Virus record (IMG/VR): IMGVR_UViG_3300037246_001677
Coordinates: 56,171-120,170 of that record
Reading direction: 5' to 3' (one strand)
From: a virus
Length of the DNA: 64,000 nt
Under the pieces are notes generated by a model. The model worked only from the letters and a program-made list of their open reading frames with translations, was not told the origin of the DNA and did no database searches. Positions 8,693 through 18,285 of this stretch are shown one piece after another; positions within the stretch are counted from its first letter, which is position 1, and each line of letters begins with the position of its first letter. A program made the translations under genes and the position numbers.

Positions 8693-9112
8693 ATGAAATT
8701 AAGTGCGGATGCAATAATATGTAAAGGTGGATATTGGTTTGAGGGAGGTATAGATGGGTTTGACTTCAAGATACTAAAGCGCATAACTAAATCTGATGAT
8801 GTGTTAGCACCAATGAACCACGTTACTGCAAAGCAATTCTTATACCAAAAAGGAGTTAAAGATGATGATAATAGAATCGTAGCAACTCTACTTAAAAGTA
8901 TAAAAATATATGCTTATACAGATAAGAGCAAAATTGCACAAAAAGTTGGACAAGGGGTTGAGAAGCTATTTATTGTAAATCAAAGTAAAGTCGGAACATA
9001 CATGGGATTTAATTTCTTATGTGCCCAGTGCGTGTGGACATGTAAGCAATCAAAATCAGTAAAGTTATATAGTTGCAAAGCATTTAAAAGAGATACATTT
9101 CAAGGGGATTAA
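8693..9112 (+). CDS. Hypothetical protein with C-terminal Cys cluster
   Basis: Strong SD; CAQCVWTCKQ...SC. Confidence 0.65.
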   Translation: MKLSADAIICKGGYWFEGGIDGFDFKILKRITKSDDVLAPMNHVTAKQFLYQKGVKDDDNRIVATLLKSIKIYAYTDKSKIAQKVGQGVEKLFIVNQSKVGTYMGFNFLCAQCVWTCKQSKSVKLYSCKAFKRDTFQGD

Positions 9113-9125
9113 CGGGGGATTATAA

Positions 9126-10526
9126 TTGGAAAGATTGGATAGTGATTTTCTGGAGAAGTTAATCATTAAAGGTATGATGACGGATAAGAATTTTCTTGTC
9201 TTAGTCACGAGTGTTTTCGAACCTAACTATTTCGATGATTCATCAGTCAGTCATATTTTTAAATTTTGTAGGGATTATGTAAGTGAGTATAGTGAAATCC
9301 CACAAATAGAAACAGTAATTAACTCTTTACCAGATGAATTTGAACAAAATGATATTAAAGAAATATTTGAAGAAATTGATACAATTGATTATGATATAGC
9401 TAGGAATTATAAACACTTAGTTGACCAAACAAATGACTATTTGAAAGAGCAAGCTGTTAAAAATGCCATAATAGAATCAGTTGATATTGTTGAAGATAAA
9501 GAAAGACGTCCGGAAATACGGCAAAAAATAGAAACTGCTTTGACTAAAGATATTAAGATTGACTTAGGTCTTGATTACTTTGGTGATCTCGGTGATAGGT
9601 TAAGGAGAATATTCACAGCATCTGATATAAAAATCCCAACCTATTATCCACAGTTTGATGAGTATATAAATGGTGGTTTTCCACCATTTACTTTGTCAGT
9701 ATTGACAGCTAGGATTCATGGGTTCAAATCGAATACCATGGCCAACTTTGCGGCGAGACAAGTACTACATGGACATAATGTAGTACTTATGACTTTAGAA
9801 ATGGCACAGGATGCTTTTGCGCAGAGGTTTGACTCGATATACACCGGACTTGATATAAACAGAATATATGTTTCAAATAATTATAAGAATAGATTAACAA
9901 GAAGTTTAGCTGAAGTAAAAGCACGAGAAGGAAGGGGATCATTATTAATAAAACAGTTTCCAACTGGTAACGCTTCGGTATTAGACTTCACAATTTATCT
10001 TCGTGAGTTATTGATAAGAGGCATAATGCCTTCAATAATTTATGTTGACTATATCAACCTTATGAAAACGGCTTATAAGGTTGAGAGAAATATGTATTCA
10101 GCAGTAAAGAGAATAGCCGAGGAGTTAAGAGCATTATCATTTACATTTGAAATTCCTGTTATTTCAGTAAGTCAGTTAAACAGAGAAGGATCATTTGTAG
10201 GGTTTGAAGAACTTGACTTCACTTATATTGCAGAAAGTTTGGGGCTTCCAGCCACAGCAGATTTTATGGCAATTTTAGGAACAGATGATGATGCAATGGT
10301 TTATCAAAATGAAATTCTATATAAGATAGTTAAGAACAGACTTGGCGGTAGAGTAGGTGAGGTAGATAGGCTTTACTATGACTCAAGAAGTCTTAAAATG
10401 TATGACTCAACAGAATTAGATTTATGGAATCAAGACGCAACAACATCTGGTGATGAAAGAAATGTAGCACCAACACCTAATCACAGAGAAGAAGCAAATA
10501 GAACAAGAGGAAGGAGAAATAGATAA
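9126..10526 (+). CDS. gp41: DnaB/gp41-like replicative helicase
   Basis: TLEMA, IKQFP, YVDYINLM, IAEELRAL, SQLNREG, AESLGLPATADF, VKNR motifs; TTG start after GGGGGA. Confidence 0.9.
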   Translation: MERLDSDFLEKLIIKGMMTDKNFLVLVTSVFEPNYFDDSSVSHIFKFCRDYVSEYSEIPQIETVINSLPDEFEQNDIKEIFEEIDTIDYDIARNYKHLVDQTNDYLKEQAVKNAIIESVDIVEDKERRPEIRQKIETALTKDIKIDLGLDYFGDLGDRLRRIFTASDIKIPTYYPQFDEYINGGFPPFTLSVLTARIHGFKSNTMANFAARQVLHGHNVVLMTLEMAQDAFAQRFDSIYTGLDINRIYVSNNYKNRLTRSLAEVKAREGRGSLLIKQFPTGNASVLDFTIYLRELLIRGIMPSIIYVDYINLMKTAYKVERNMYSAVKRIAEELRALSFTFEIPVISVSQLNREGSFVGFEELDFTYIAESLGLPATADFMAILGTDDDAMVYQNEILYKIVKNRLGGRVGEVDRLYYDSRSLKMYDSTELDLWNQDATTSGDERNVAPTPNHREEANRTRGRRNR

Positions 10527-10733
10527 ATGGATAAAGAAATGATTACAGAAGTGATTGATGATATTGGTGATATTTTATATGAAATAGCACCAGAACTTAC
10601 CGAACTAATAGAAGAAGATAACGTTAGCAAAGGGATTATTAATAGATTGGTAAAATTAAAAGAAGACGTTCAAGAAATACGTGAATGTGTTTATAAGGAG
10701 TACTATAAGGAAGATGAATTGCTCGAAACATAA
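10527..10733 (+). CDS. Small acidic hypothetical protein
   Basis: ORF abutting helicase stop. Confidence 0.55.
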   Translation: MDKEMITEVIDDIGDILYEIAPELTELIEEDNVSKGIINRLVKLKEDVQEIRECVYKEYYKEDELLET

Positions 10734-11256
10734 ATGGAAAAGTACTAAGTATCATAGGTCATTTAATAATTATGATTTTTGTGAGTATTGTAAAATAAGA
10801 AGAGGTGATGAATTTAACACTATAAAATTCAAAAAGTTAGATGATAACGCAGTTATACCAAAATATATGACTGATGGTGCAGTAGGATTTGATATTTATT
10901 CAACTATATCACTTGTTCTTGCAGTTGGAGGAACAGGAATCGTTACAACAGGTTTAGCAGTTGAAATACCCAAAGGATCGGAACTTACGATAAGACAAAG
11001 AAGTGGTCTATCAAAATCATATCCAAACTATATTGTTATAGGAATAGGCACAATAGATCAAGACTATCGTGGTGAAATTGAGATTCCAATAGTCAATAAT
11101 AATGAAACGAACATGTTTAAAATTAATATAGGTGATAGAATAGCACAAGGAATAGTAAGCCCAATAATAAGATGTGTCATTGAAGAAGTAGATAATTTAA
11201 GTGATACTACTCGGGGCGAGAAAGGATTTGGTTCAACAGGTGGAATTACTAAGTAA
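10714..11256 (+). CDS. dut: Trimeric dUTPase with N-terminal Cys/His extension
   Basis: AVGFDI, RSGL, GTIDQDYRGEI, GDRIAQ, RGEKGFGSTG; start probably ATG 10714. Confidence 0.92.
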   Translation: MNCSKHKWKSTKYHRSFNNYDFCEYCKIRRGDEFNTIKFKKLDDNAVIPKYMTDGAVGFDIYSTISLVLAVGGTGIVTTGLAVEIPKGSELTIRQRSGLSKSYPNYIVIGIGTIDQDYRGEIEIPIVNNNETNMFKINIGDRIAQGIVSPIIRCVIEEVDNLSDTTRGEKGFGSTGGITK

Positions 11257-11821
11257 TAAACAAATAAGAATGCTATTACTTCTTGATGGTATGGTAAGTA
11301 AGTGTACAGAATGTGTCCTATATAAAGGAGGCCGCGTAAAACCATACTGGACACCAATGTCCATATATGCTGCTGTGGGTGAGGCACCGGGTGCACAAGA
11401 AGTGGCACAAAATGAACCATTCGTTGGTAAAGCCGGTGAAATACTAGCCGAATCTATGGCAAAAGTTGGTTTTAGAAAAGAACAATTTTTGTTTATAAAT
11501 TCAGTTAATTGTAGACCAACGGATGGTAGTAAGAATAGTAAGCCAAGTCTACTTCAAGTTGATATATGTAGAAAGTGGATGCGAAAATATATAAAAGTAC
11601 TTAATCCAGAAAAAATAATTGGATTTGGAAACTTTGCAAGAGGATCATTATCTGGTAATTATACTGGAATTATAAAATATAATGGATGGGTTGATTCTAT
11701 ACATCCATATAACAAAAGAGTAGTTTATAGTGTACATCCAGCTTACTGTATATATAATCAAAGTGATGGAGAGAAAAAGCTTGACTACGCAATAGAAAGG
11801 TTCAGAAATTTAGATATTTAG
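11201..11821 (+). CDS. Family-4 (Fe-S) uracil-DNA glycosylase
   Basis: CTECVL, VGEAPG, EPFVGKAG, NSVNCRP, HPAY; true start likely somewhat downstream. Confidence 0.88.
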   Translation: MILLGARKDLVQQVELLSNKQIRMLLLLDGMVSKCTECVLYKGGRVKPYWTPMSIYAAVGEAPGAQEVAQNEPFVGKAGEILAESMAKVGFRKEQFLFINSVNCRPTDGSKNSKPSLLQVDICRKWMRKYIKVLNPEKIIGFGNFARGSLSGNYTGIIKYNGWVDSIHPYNKRVVYSVHPAYCIYNQSDGEKKLDYAIERFRNLDI

Positions 11822-11834
11822 GGAGGAAAAGAAA

Positions 11835-14426
11835 ATTTTTAAGAATACATTTTATGACACAAAAACTTCAACTATCCATTTATGGGAACAATTGGATGGC
11901 GAAGACTTATACACGAAAATAGATTGGGTTCCATATATTTTCGTTCCAGCAAGGGGCCGACCAGAAGAAGCAAACACAATTTATGGAACACCAGTAATAA
12001 AAAAAGAATTTAGAAATTATTTTGAATACTATAAATTTCAAAAAGATCACTCAAATATATATGAGAACAAAACAAGACCAGATGTGCAGTTCTTATCTGA
12101 AAGATACTATGATATTCCAGATGATGAAATGCCAGTACCAAATCTTTTAGTTTATTATATTGATATTGAAGTAATAGCAGAAAAGGGGTTTCCTGATGCA
12201 CTGGATCCAAAAGACCAGGTAGTACTTGTTTCATTAACAAATAATAAAACTCAAAAAACAATAACATTTGGCACAAAGCACTATACAGGAAGTATGAAGG
12301 ATATAATATTTGTATATTGTGAAACAGAACGAGACTTACTTCGTAAACTCTTTACTTATATGCACAAATATCCTTGTGATGTTCTAAGTGGTTGGAATAT
12401 ATGGAAATTTGATTTACCATACCTTATCAATAGGTCTAAGAAATTATTTATGGGTGATTCATTACATAACTTAATGTCACCTATCGGTATAGTCAAAACA
12501 TGGAAACAACAAAACAGTGAAGAAATAAACATAGACATTGCTGGTGTATGTATTCTTGATTATTACAATGTATATAGATGGTATACTAGCAAAAATCTTG
12601 AAAACTACACTCTTCAATATGTATGTGAAAATGAACTTGGTGTTGGTAAACTTGAAAATAAGTTTAATAGTTTTCAAGATTGGTATGTTAATGATTGGGA
12701 TTCATTTACTGAATACAATGCAATTGACTGTATAAGAGTAGATGAGTTAGAAAATAAGTTAGGATATATTAAACTTATTCAATCACTATCATTGCTATCA
12801 AAGGCTCCAGCAAAGTACTATAATGCTATGACTCAATTAATTGAAGGAGCATTATTAACTCACTTTAGGAGAAATAACTTATGTGCTCCACATTTAGCTG
12901 GTGGTTCACAAGAAACATTCGAAGCCGCTTATGTAAAAGAACCAATTACCGGACTTCACGAATGGGTAATTGATATTGATATTATATCATCCTATCCATT
13001 TAAGATAATAACTTTAAACATGAGTAGTGAAACTTATTATGGTAGAATACTTGGCATAAGAGAACAAGATATTATATACTATACTAAAAATAGAGAATTT
13101 CCAAGATTTGATATGTATAAAGAAGAAAAGGGTATCGTATCATTTGACGGATTAAATTTAGAGAAGTTTAATATGGCAGTCAAAAAAGGATTGCTAGCAA
13201 TTGCTCCATGTGGTTCAGTATTCACAACTTCTGAAACAGGAGTTATCGCACAAGTTGAGAAAAATGTTTTCTTGAAGAGAAAAGATGTTAAAGACAAAAT
13301 GAGAGCAATGAGAGATAAGGCAGCAACATTGCCAGATGGTAAAGAAAAGGAACAACTACTTGAAAAGGCACAAGAATTATTTTCACTACAATGGGCTTTG
13401 AAAATTTGGTTAAATGCTGTATTTGGAATTTTAGCTGTTCCTTATTCCAGATATTTCAATACAAATATTGCGGAAGCAATTACTTCTTGTGGTAGACATT
13501 CAATTAAACAAGGTGAGAAATTTGTTAATGAGTACTTCAGTAATCTTAAAATTGACGGCATGCCATTGGACATGGTCGCTTATATAGATACTGACTCACT
13601 ATTCGTTAGACTGGGTGAGTACTTTTCAAGAGTAGATAAAAATTGGGAATCAAAAAGCAGTGAAGAGAAAATAGAAAGCATAATTGACTTCTCAAAAAAT
13701 GAGTTAGAACCACATGTCAATATGAGAATATATGAAGAGACTCAGTTGATGGATTTTAACTCACAAGTAACTGATTTCAAAATAGAATTTAAACAAGAAA
13801 TTATTGCTAGAACTGCTTTATTCATAAAGAAAAAGAAATACGCATACTGGATGGTAAATGAAGAAGGAACGCCATGTAATGAAATTTCTGTTACTGGTCT
13901 TGAAATTATTAGATCAGATAGTGCCCAGGCTGTTAGACCAAGATTAAGACATATCATGGAAATGATTATGAGACAGGAACCAGAAGATCAAATTACTGTA
14001 ATGATTAAGAAGTACAAAAAGGAGTTAAGAAGTCTAACACCAGGAGAGTTAGCTGCTAATATAGGAATCAATAATATTCAGAAATATCTCGGTACTGGTA
14101 AACCAATAAAAGGTACACCATGGCATGTAAAAGGCGTTTATAATTACAGAATGTTATTGAAATTATTAGACATTGAACACAAATATGAGGACATCCATGA
14201 GGGCATAAAGTCAAAGGTTGCTTATGTTAAAAAGAACCCATTTAATGTTGAAACAATTACGTTTCAACAATGGCCGGATGAATTTGATGCATTACTTCAG
14301 TTCGATGCTGATACTATGATTGATAAGTTCTTTATTAAGAAAATTGAAACTCTTTTAAAACCAATGGTTAAAGAGTACTTAATAAGAGGAGATACAAAAG
14401 CAAAGTTAAATTTATTTTTTAATTAG
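11835..14426 (+). CDS. gp43: Family-B DNA polymerase (gp43-like)
   Basis: Exo DIE, GWNIWKFDLPY, YNAID; pol DIISSYP, KIWLNAVFG, YIDTDS, KKKYA; frame is open to an ATT at 11835, 8 nt after GGAGG. Confidence 0.95.
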   Translation: MFKNTFYDTKTSTIHLWEQLDGEDLYTKIDWVPYIFVPARGRPEEANTIYGTPVIKKEFRNYFEYYKFQKDHSNIYENKTRPDVQFLSERYYDIPDDEMPVPNLLVYYIDIEVIAEKGFPDALDPKDQVVLVSLTNNKTQKTITFGTKHYTGSMKDIIFVYCETERDLLRKLFTYMHKYPCDVLSGWNIWKFDLPYLINRSKKLFMGDSLHNLMSPIGIVKTWKQQNSEEINIDIAGVCILDYYNVYRWYTSKNLENYTLQYVCENELGVGKLENKFNSFQDWYVNDWDSFTEYNAIDCIRVDELENKLGYIKLIQSLSLLSKAPAKYYNAMTQLIEGALLTHFRRNNLCAPHLAGGSQETFEAAYVKEPITGLHEWVIDIDIISSYPFKIITLNMSSETYYGRILGIREQDIIYYTKNREFPRFDMYKEEKGIVSFDGLNLEKFNMAVKKGLLAIAPCGSVFTTSETGVIAQVEKNVFLKRKDVKDKMRAMRDKAATLPDGKEKEQLLEKAQELFSLQWALKIWLNAVFGILAVPYSRYFNTNIAEAITSCGRHSIKQGEKFVNEYFSNLKIDGMPLDMVAYIDTDSLFVRLGEYFSRVDKNWESKSSEEKIESIIDFSKNELEPHVNMRIYEETQLMDFNSQVTDFKIEFKQEIIARTALFIKKKKYAYWMVNEEGTPCNEISVTGLEIIRSDSAQAVRPRLRHIMEMIMRQEPEDQITVMIKKYKKELRSLTPGELAANIGINNIQKYLGTGKPIKGTPWHVKGVYNYRMLLKLLDIEHKYEDIHEGIKSKVAYVKKNPFNVETITFQQWPDEFDALLQFDADTMIDKFFIKKIETLLKPMVKEYLIRGDTKAKLNLFFN

Positions 14427-14434
14427 GAGAAATT

Positions 14435-15031
14435 ATGAATAACGTTTTAGATTTAGTAAAGGCCGGAGAGTATATTAAGGCAATAAAATTACATAGAGAA
14501 CAAACAGGATTAGGTCTCAAAGAATCAAAAAAACATATTGATGAACTAAGAATGCAGCAAAGTCTTAGCTACAATGATATTGATAAAATGAAAGACCACA
14601 TACAAGGAATGTACTTTATTGATGAAAAACAAAGGAACTTTATACTTGACTTAGTTGAAGAAGCGTATTACCTTGGTGAGGATAATGGTGACACAACAGG
14701 ATACAATAGATCACTAAACGAAAATGAAGGAACGGCGGATTATGATGAAGATGATGTGTATGAGCGAGCATATGATGAAGGCTGGCAAGAAGGTCGATCA
14801 GAAGGACACGAAGATGGACAGAGAGAAGGATACGAACAAGGCATGGAAGAAAAATCAGAACAATCATATAACGATGGAGTTGAAGATGGTAAAAATGAAG
14901 GATATGAAGATGGTAAAAATGAAGGATATGAAGAAGGATATGATATAGGTAAGTTAGAAGGATATGAAGGAGGACATCAAACGGGACTCGAACAAGGCAG
15001 AGCAGAAGAAAGATTTGAAAGGAGTGGATGA
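14435..15031 (+). CDS. Ribosomal L7/L12 CTD-like N-terminal domain plus acidic GYxEG-repeat protein
   Basis: IKAIKLHREQTGLGLKESKKHID; many GYEEG/GYEDG units; 24-bp tandem DNA repeat near 14881-14930. Confidence 0.6.
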   Translation: MNNVLDLVKAGEYIKAIKLHREQTGLGLKESKKHIDELRMQQSLSYNDIDKMKDHIQGMYFIDEKQRNFILDLVEEAYYLGEDNGDTTGYNRSLNENEGTADYDEDDVYERAYDEGWQEGRSEGHEDGQREGYEQGMEEKSEQSYNDGVEDGKNEGYEDGKNEGYEEGYDIGKLEGYEGGHQTGLEQGRAEERFERSG

Positions 15032-15738
15032 TGTTATATACAACTAATTACTCATCAAAAACAATAAAAATATACAAACATGGTTATAGAATTTTCTTAA
15101 TTTTATTTATAATATCTGTATCTATTATATGGGGTGGTAATGTGTATTTTCAGGGTCCGCGCTATATTCAAAAAATTGTTAAAAATAATATGCCATATAT
15201 AGAGCCAGAATCAAGAGAAGTTATTAGATATATTGAGAAAAAAGACGCTATACCGACATGGAGACTTATACAGCATCTTAATGGAAGGCTTGATAAAGAT
15301 ACATCAATTATAATAGCAAATGAAATCAATAAGGCACATGAAAAATATGGACTACCTAAGAAATTGATAATTGCTATTATGAGAAAAGAAAGTAATCTTG
15401 ATCCACTTGCTAAAAGTAAAAATAAAGAAGGTAAAATTATTGCAAGAGGGTTAATGCAGATATTTGCAAAGTGGCATCCAAAGAAAATGGAAGGAATATC
15501 TTTAGAGGAGTTATATCATATTGATATAAATGTTAATATGGGTTGTCAAATATTTAGGGAATACTACGATAAAAGCGAGGGTGACTTAACAGAAACTTTT
15601 CATAAGTACTTATCTAAAAGGGCGAGTAAAGCAGATGCTAAAAAGTATATGGATCAAATATTAAAATGGTGGGCTACGTTAGAAATGTATGAATATAACA
15701 AAAATGTAAATATTATGAAACATTCTCCGCAAATGTAA
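15028..15738 (+). CDS. Lytic transglycosylase (SLT domain) with N-terminal TM helix
   Basis: AIMRKESN, ARGLMQI, NVNMGCQIF; hydrophobic IFLILFIISVSIIWGG. Confidence 0.85.
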   Translation: MMLYTTNYSSKTIKIYKHGYRIFLILFIISVSIIWGGNVYFQGPRYIQKIVKNNMPYIEPESREVIRYIEKKDAIPTWRLIQHLNGRLDKDTSIIIANEINKAHEKYGLPKKLIIAIMRKESNLDPLAKSKNKEGKIIARGLMQIFAKWHPKKMEGISLEELYHIDINVNMGCQIFREYYDKSEGDLTETFHKYLSKRASKADAKKYMDQILKWWATLEMYEYNKNVNIMKHSPQM

Positions 15739-16270
15739 TTGCTATTTCTCTAGCATGAGCATCATTTTTTATAGTAAAGTCGGATTCATATTTTCCATTA
15801 TCAAAATCAAGTTCACCAATAGTTGGTATTGCTGTAGCTTTATCTGATTTAGCGGCTGCAGCTAGAGCAGCATCAACATCTGATTGTGTATATTTTGGAT
15901 AATCAACCTTCTTACCCATACTATCACCTTTTACTTCATCACCAGCTTTAAATCCATATATTGCTCTATGACTCCAACCATACCACTTACCATCAGCAGC
16001 CGATTTTCCAATACTTGCTACAGAATGATCTGGATGTGTTTTTTCACCTTTAATTTCCAACCAGGCTTGAGGTGTTACTTTATTTTTTCCAGTTGAGTAC
16101 TTAGGTATGTTTTTGAAACTTCGCTCCTCTGGTGGTACTTTTGTAACCAACTGTTTTATTTTTTTAAAGTTTTTTTCTCTATTTGTTTTAGGGTTTATTT
16201 TTCTATGCTTTTCACGTTTTATCATCGGAACAGTATAAGTTGTTTCCACAAAATCTTTAAACTTTGTCAT
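15713..16270 (-). CDS. Hypothetical phage protein
   Basis: Start MTKFKDFVE at 16270 after GAGGAG; KWYGWSHRAIYGF motif. Confidence 0.65.
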   Translation of the reverse strand: MTKFKDFVETTYTVPMIKREKHRKINPKTNREKNFKKIKQLVTKVPPEERSFKNIPKYSTGKNKVTPQAWLEIKGEKTHPDHSVASIGKSAADGKWYGWSHRAIYGFKAGDEVKGDSMGKKVDYPKYTQSDVDAALAAAAKSDKATAIPTIGELDFDNGKYESDFTIKNDAHAREIAITFAENVS

Positions 16271-16400
16271 TACTTCTCTCCTCGTCTTTGCATTTATCAC
16301 ATATCTTTCTATAATCCCTACATATATAAATCACAAAGGAATACTCCCCACAATTATCGCATTTAGTTCCTTTATTATCCGACTTGTTGATCGAGAACAT
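16257..16400 (-). CDS. 47-aa zinc-ribbon micro-protein (not in ORF track)
   Basis: ...KCDNCGEYSFVIYICRDYRKICDKCKDEE; fills the gap between two genes. Confidence 0.45.
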   Translation of the reverse strand: MFSINKSDNKGTKCDNCGEYSFVIYICRDYRKICDKCKDEERSNDKV

Positions 16401-17217
16401 TTACTAAATCCTGTGCAAATATACTTTTCATCGTATACTTCTGCTTCCAATCCATTCCTCTAACCTGCCCGAGTTCAATTATATATGTATCAGACCTTCT
16501 ATCATAAGTAATAATAACTCTGCCGCGGAATTTCGATCCCCTAACGTCAAATTGAATACTATCATTACTTGATACATAGTTCTTTGCTCCATAGGAATCA
16601 AGAGCCCATCTATCAATAGCGTTTATTTGTTTTAAAATTGTCTTAGCTACTTTTGACTCAGTTAACTTTTTCTTTTTCTTTTTACAACCATCAATTAGAA
16701 GGTTATCAATTCTATCTAATAAGTTCATTCTTTCACTTACCTCCAATTCCTCTGGCGGATCAACTGTCTCTTCTTTATCTTTACCTAATTGAGTATCAGC
16801 GTCACGTTCTGGTTTAAGTTGTTTTTTAAATCTTAAATCAACTGTTTTATCTGGGACGTTTCTCATTTTCTTCCAAGCATTATTCCATACTTCTTCTGGA
16901 AATAACTTATTCATGCTCTTCAATGTTTCTGAATAGTTACCATAATCATCTTGACCAACTAGTTCTTTAAAATAATCCCATTTAAAATTCTCTTTGTCAT
17001 CATAGTCCCAGATAGTACTATACTGAGTTAACTTATTGAAATAATCCCTTCTCTCAAATCTGGGACCCATAAGTATATTTCCAGGTGGACGATCGTCGTC
17101 ACCAGCAATACCAGACCCATCATCTGGATAACTATTTCCGGCTTCGTCTCCCATTCCAGTCCAAGTAGACTCAGACAAGTACTTATCAAAATGTCCTATT
17201 ATCTTATCTTGTTTCAT
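16375..17217 (-). CDS. Hypothetical protein, putative head protein with two tag-like segments
   Basis: FDKYLSE near N-term; internal MNLLDRIDNLL...LTE. Confidence 0.6.
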   Translation of the reverse strand: MKQDKIIGHFDKYLSESTWTGMGDEAGNSYPDDGSGIAGDDDRPPGNILMGPRFERRDYFNKLTQYSTIWDYDDKENFKWDYFKELVGQDDYGNYSETLKSMNKLFPEEVWNNAWKKMRNVPDKTVDLRFKKQLKPERDADTQLGKDKEETVDPPEELEVSERMNLLDRIDNLLIDGCKKKKKKLTESKVAKTILKQINAIDRWALDSYGAKNYVSSNDSIQFDVRGSKFRGRVIITYDRRSDTYIIELGQVRGMDWKQKYTMKSIFAQDLVNVLDQQVG

Positions 17218-17381
17218 TATCCTTCTTTTATCATTTTCTCGTAAGCTTTTTCTATATTATCTTTATATATACCAGTTAATCTTTTCTTTTCTTTTACTTC
17301 ATTTTCGACATCTTCACTTAAGATTTTCAAATATGAATCATTTACGTCTTTAATATATTTTTTTGCTTTTTCGTTATACAT
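17217..17381 (-). CDS. 54-aa hypothetical protein (not in ORF track)
   Basis: MYNEKAKKYIKDVNDSYLKILSE...AYEKMIKEG*; TAATG overlaps at both ends. Confidence 0.55.
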   Translation of the reverse strand: MYNEKAKKYIKDVNDSYLKILSEDVENEVKEKKRLTGIYKDNIEKAYEKMIKEG

Positions 17382-17707
17382 TACTTTTTCCCCTTTGGTA
17401 ATTGTTTTTTAAATCTATCCTTCTTTACATCCTTTTTCGCTTGTTTCTTAGGTTTATCTTTGCCTCTCCAGTTAGGACTTCCATAAGAAGCGTCTTTAAG
17501 TGAAGCGCAAAATCCTTGAGCTTTTTCTTTATCAAATCCTTTTTTACCTTCCATTCGTTTTACACAAGCAGCAAAAAATCCTTTGTCTTGTGGGTCTTTG
17601 CCAATAGTCTTTCCAAATTTCTCAACTGATGCCTGAGTCCAACCCTTTGAACCAATAGGAGCCTCATTTAAGTAATCCTCAATCATTAACTTCTCAAAGA
17701 ATTTCAT
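17381..17707 (-). CDS. Basic hypothetical protein
   Basis: DYLNE near N-term; Lys-rich C-term; FFAACV..M, GFCASLKD. Confidence 0.6.
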   Translation of the reverse strand: MKFFEKLMIEDYLNEAPIGSKGWTQASVEKFGKTIGKDPQDKGFFAACVKRMEGKKGFDKEKAQGFCASLKDASYGSPNWRGKDKPKKQAKKDVKKDRFKKQLPKGKK

Positions 17708-18057
17708 TGTATTTTCTCCATTAACAAATCCATTTTCCTTTTTACATCACTTCTTTCTCGTTTAACATCTTGATAGTCCTGACGTAATTCTCGATCTTCT
17801 GGAAACCTTCTTAACTGTCTCCTTATTTCAAACATATCCTGTGTCAATTTATCATACATAAATTGATAAAATTTATAATTATTTTGTATTTGTTGATTTT
17901 GAATAGCACCAGCAACTTGAATTTCAACTCTTTCAATTTCCGTATCAACTTTTTTATTTGTCGCATAGTGATTTTCAAATGCCCACAAACCACCAAGTAT
18001 AGTAAAAATTGCGGTAATTATACTAGCAGCAGCTATTATAATTTTTTTTAAATTCAT
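17704..18057 (-). CDS. Single-TM coiled-coil membrane protein
   Basis: IIIAAASIITAIFTILGGLWAF followed by coiled-coil. Confidence 0.6.
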   Translation of the reverse strand: MNLKKIIIAAASIITAIFTILGGLWAFENHYATNKKVDTEIERVEIQVAGAIQNQQIQNNYKFYQFMYDKLTQDMFEIRRQLRRFPEDRELRQDYQDVKRERSDVKRKMDLLMEKIQ

Positions 18058-18284
18058 GTTACTCTGCCATATTTTACATGTACTTTATTTATTAAATCTT
18101 GTAACTCATCTTTTGTAAGTTCTTTAGTTCTTGTAGCTTTCTCCATTTTCTTCATGAGTTTGCTCAACTCATCTTTTACCTTTGCCCCCGCTACCAACCC
18201 TCTGTATTTGAACCAACTCTTTGACTTCTGTTTTCCAAATACACTTTCGGGTATAAGTTTATCTATTCTATCTAATAATTTCAT
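18054..18284 (-). CDS. Small hypothetical protein
   Basis: MKLLDRIDKLIPE; ATGA overlap. Confidence 0.6.
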   Translation of the reverse strand: MKLLDRIDKLIPESVFGKQKSKSWFKYRGLVAGAKVKDELSKLMKKMEKATRTKELTKDELQDLINKVHVKYGRVT

Positions 18285-18285
18285 T

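Noticed and set aside
9715-9735. GGTTCAAATC resembling a tRNA T-loop
   Set aside because: Inside the helicase Walker A coding region; no cloverleaf.
14724-14948. M/K-rich alternative-frame ORF
   Set aside because: Shadow of the GYEDG repeat region.
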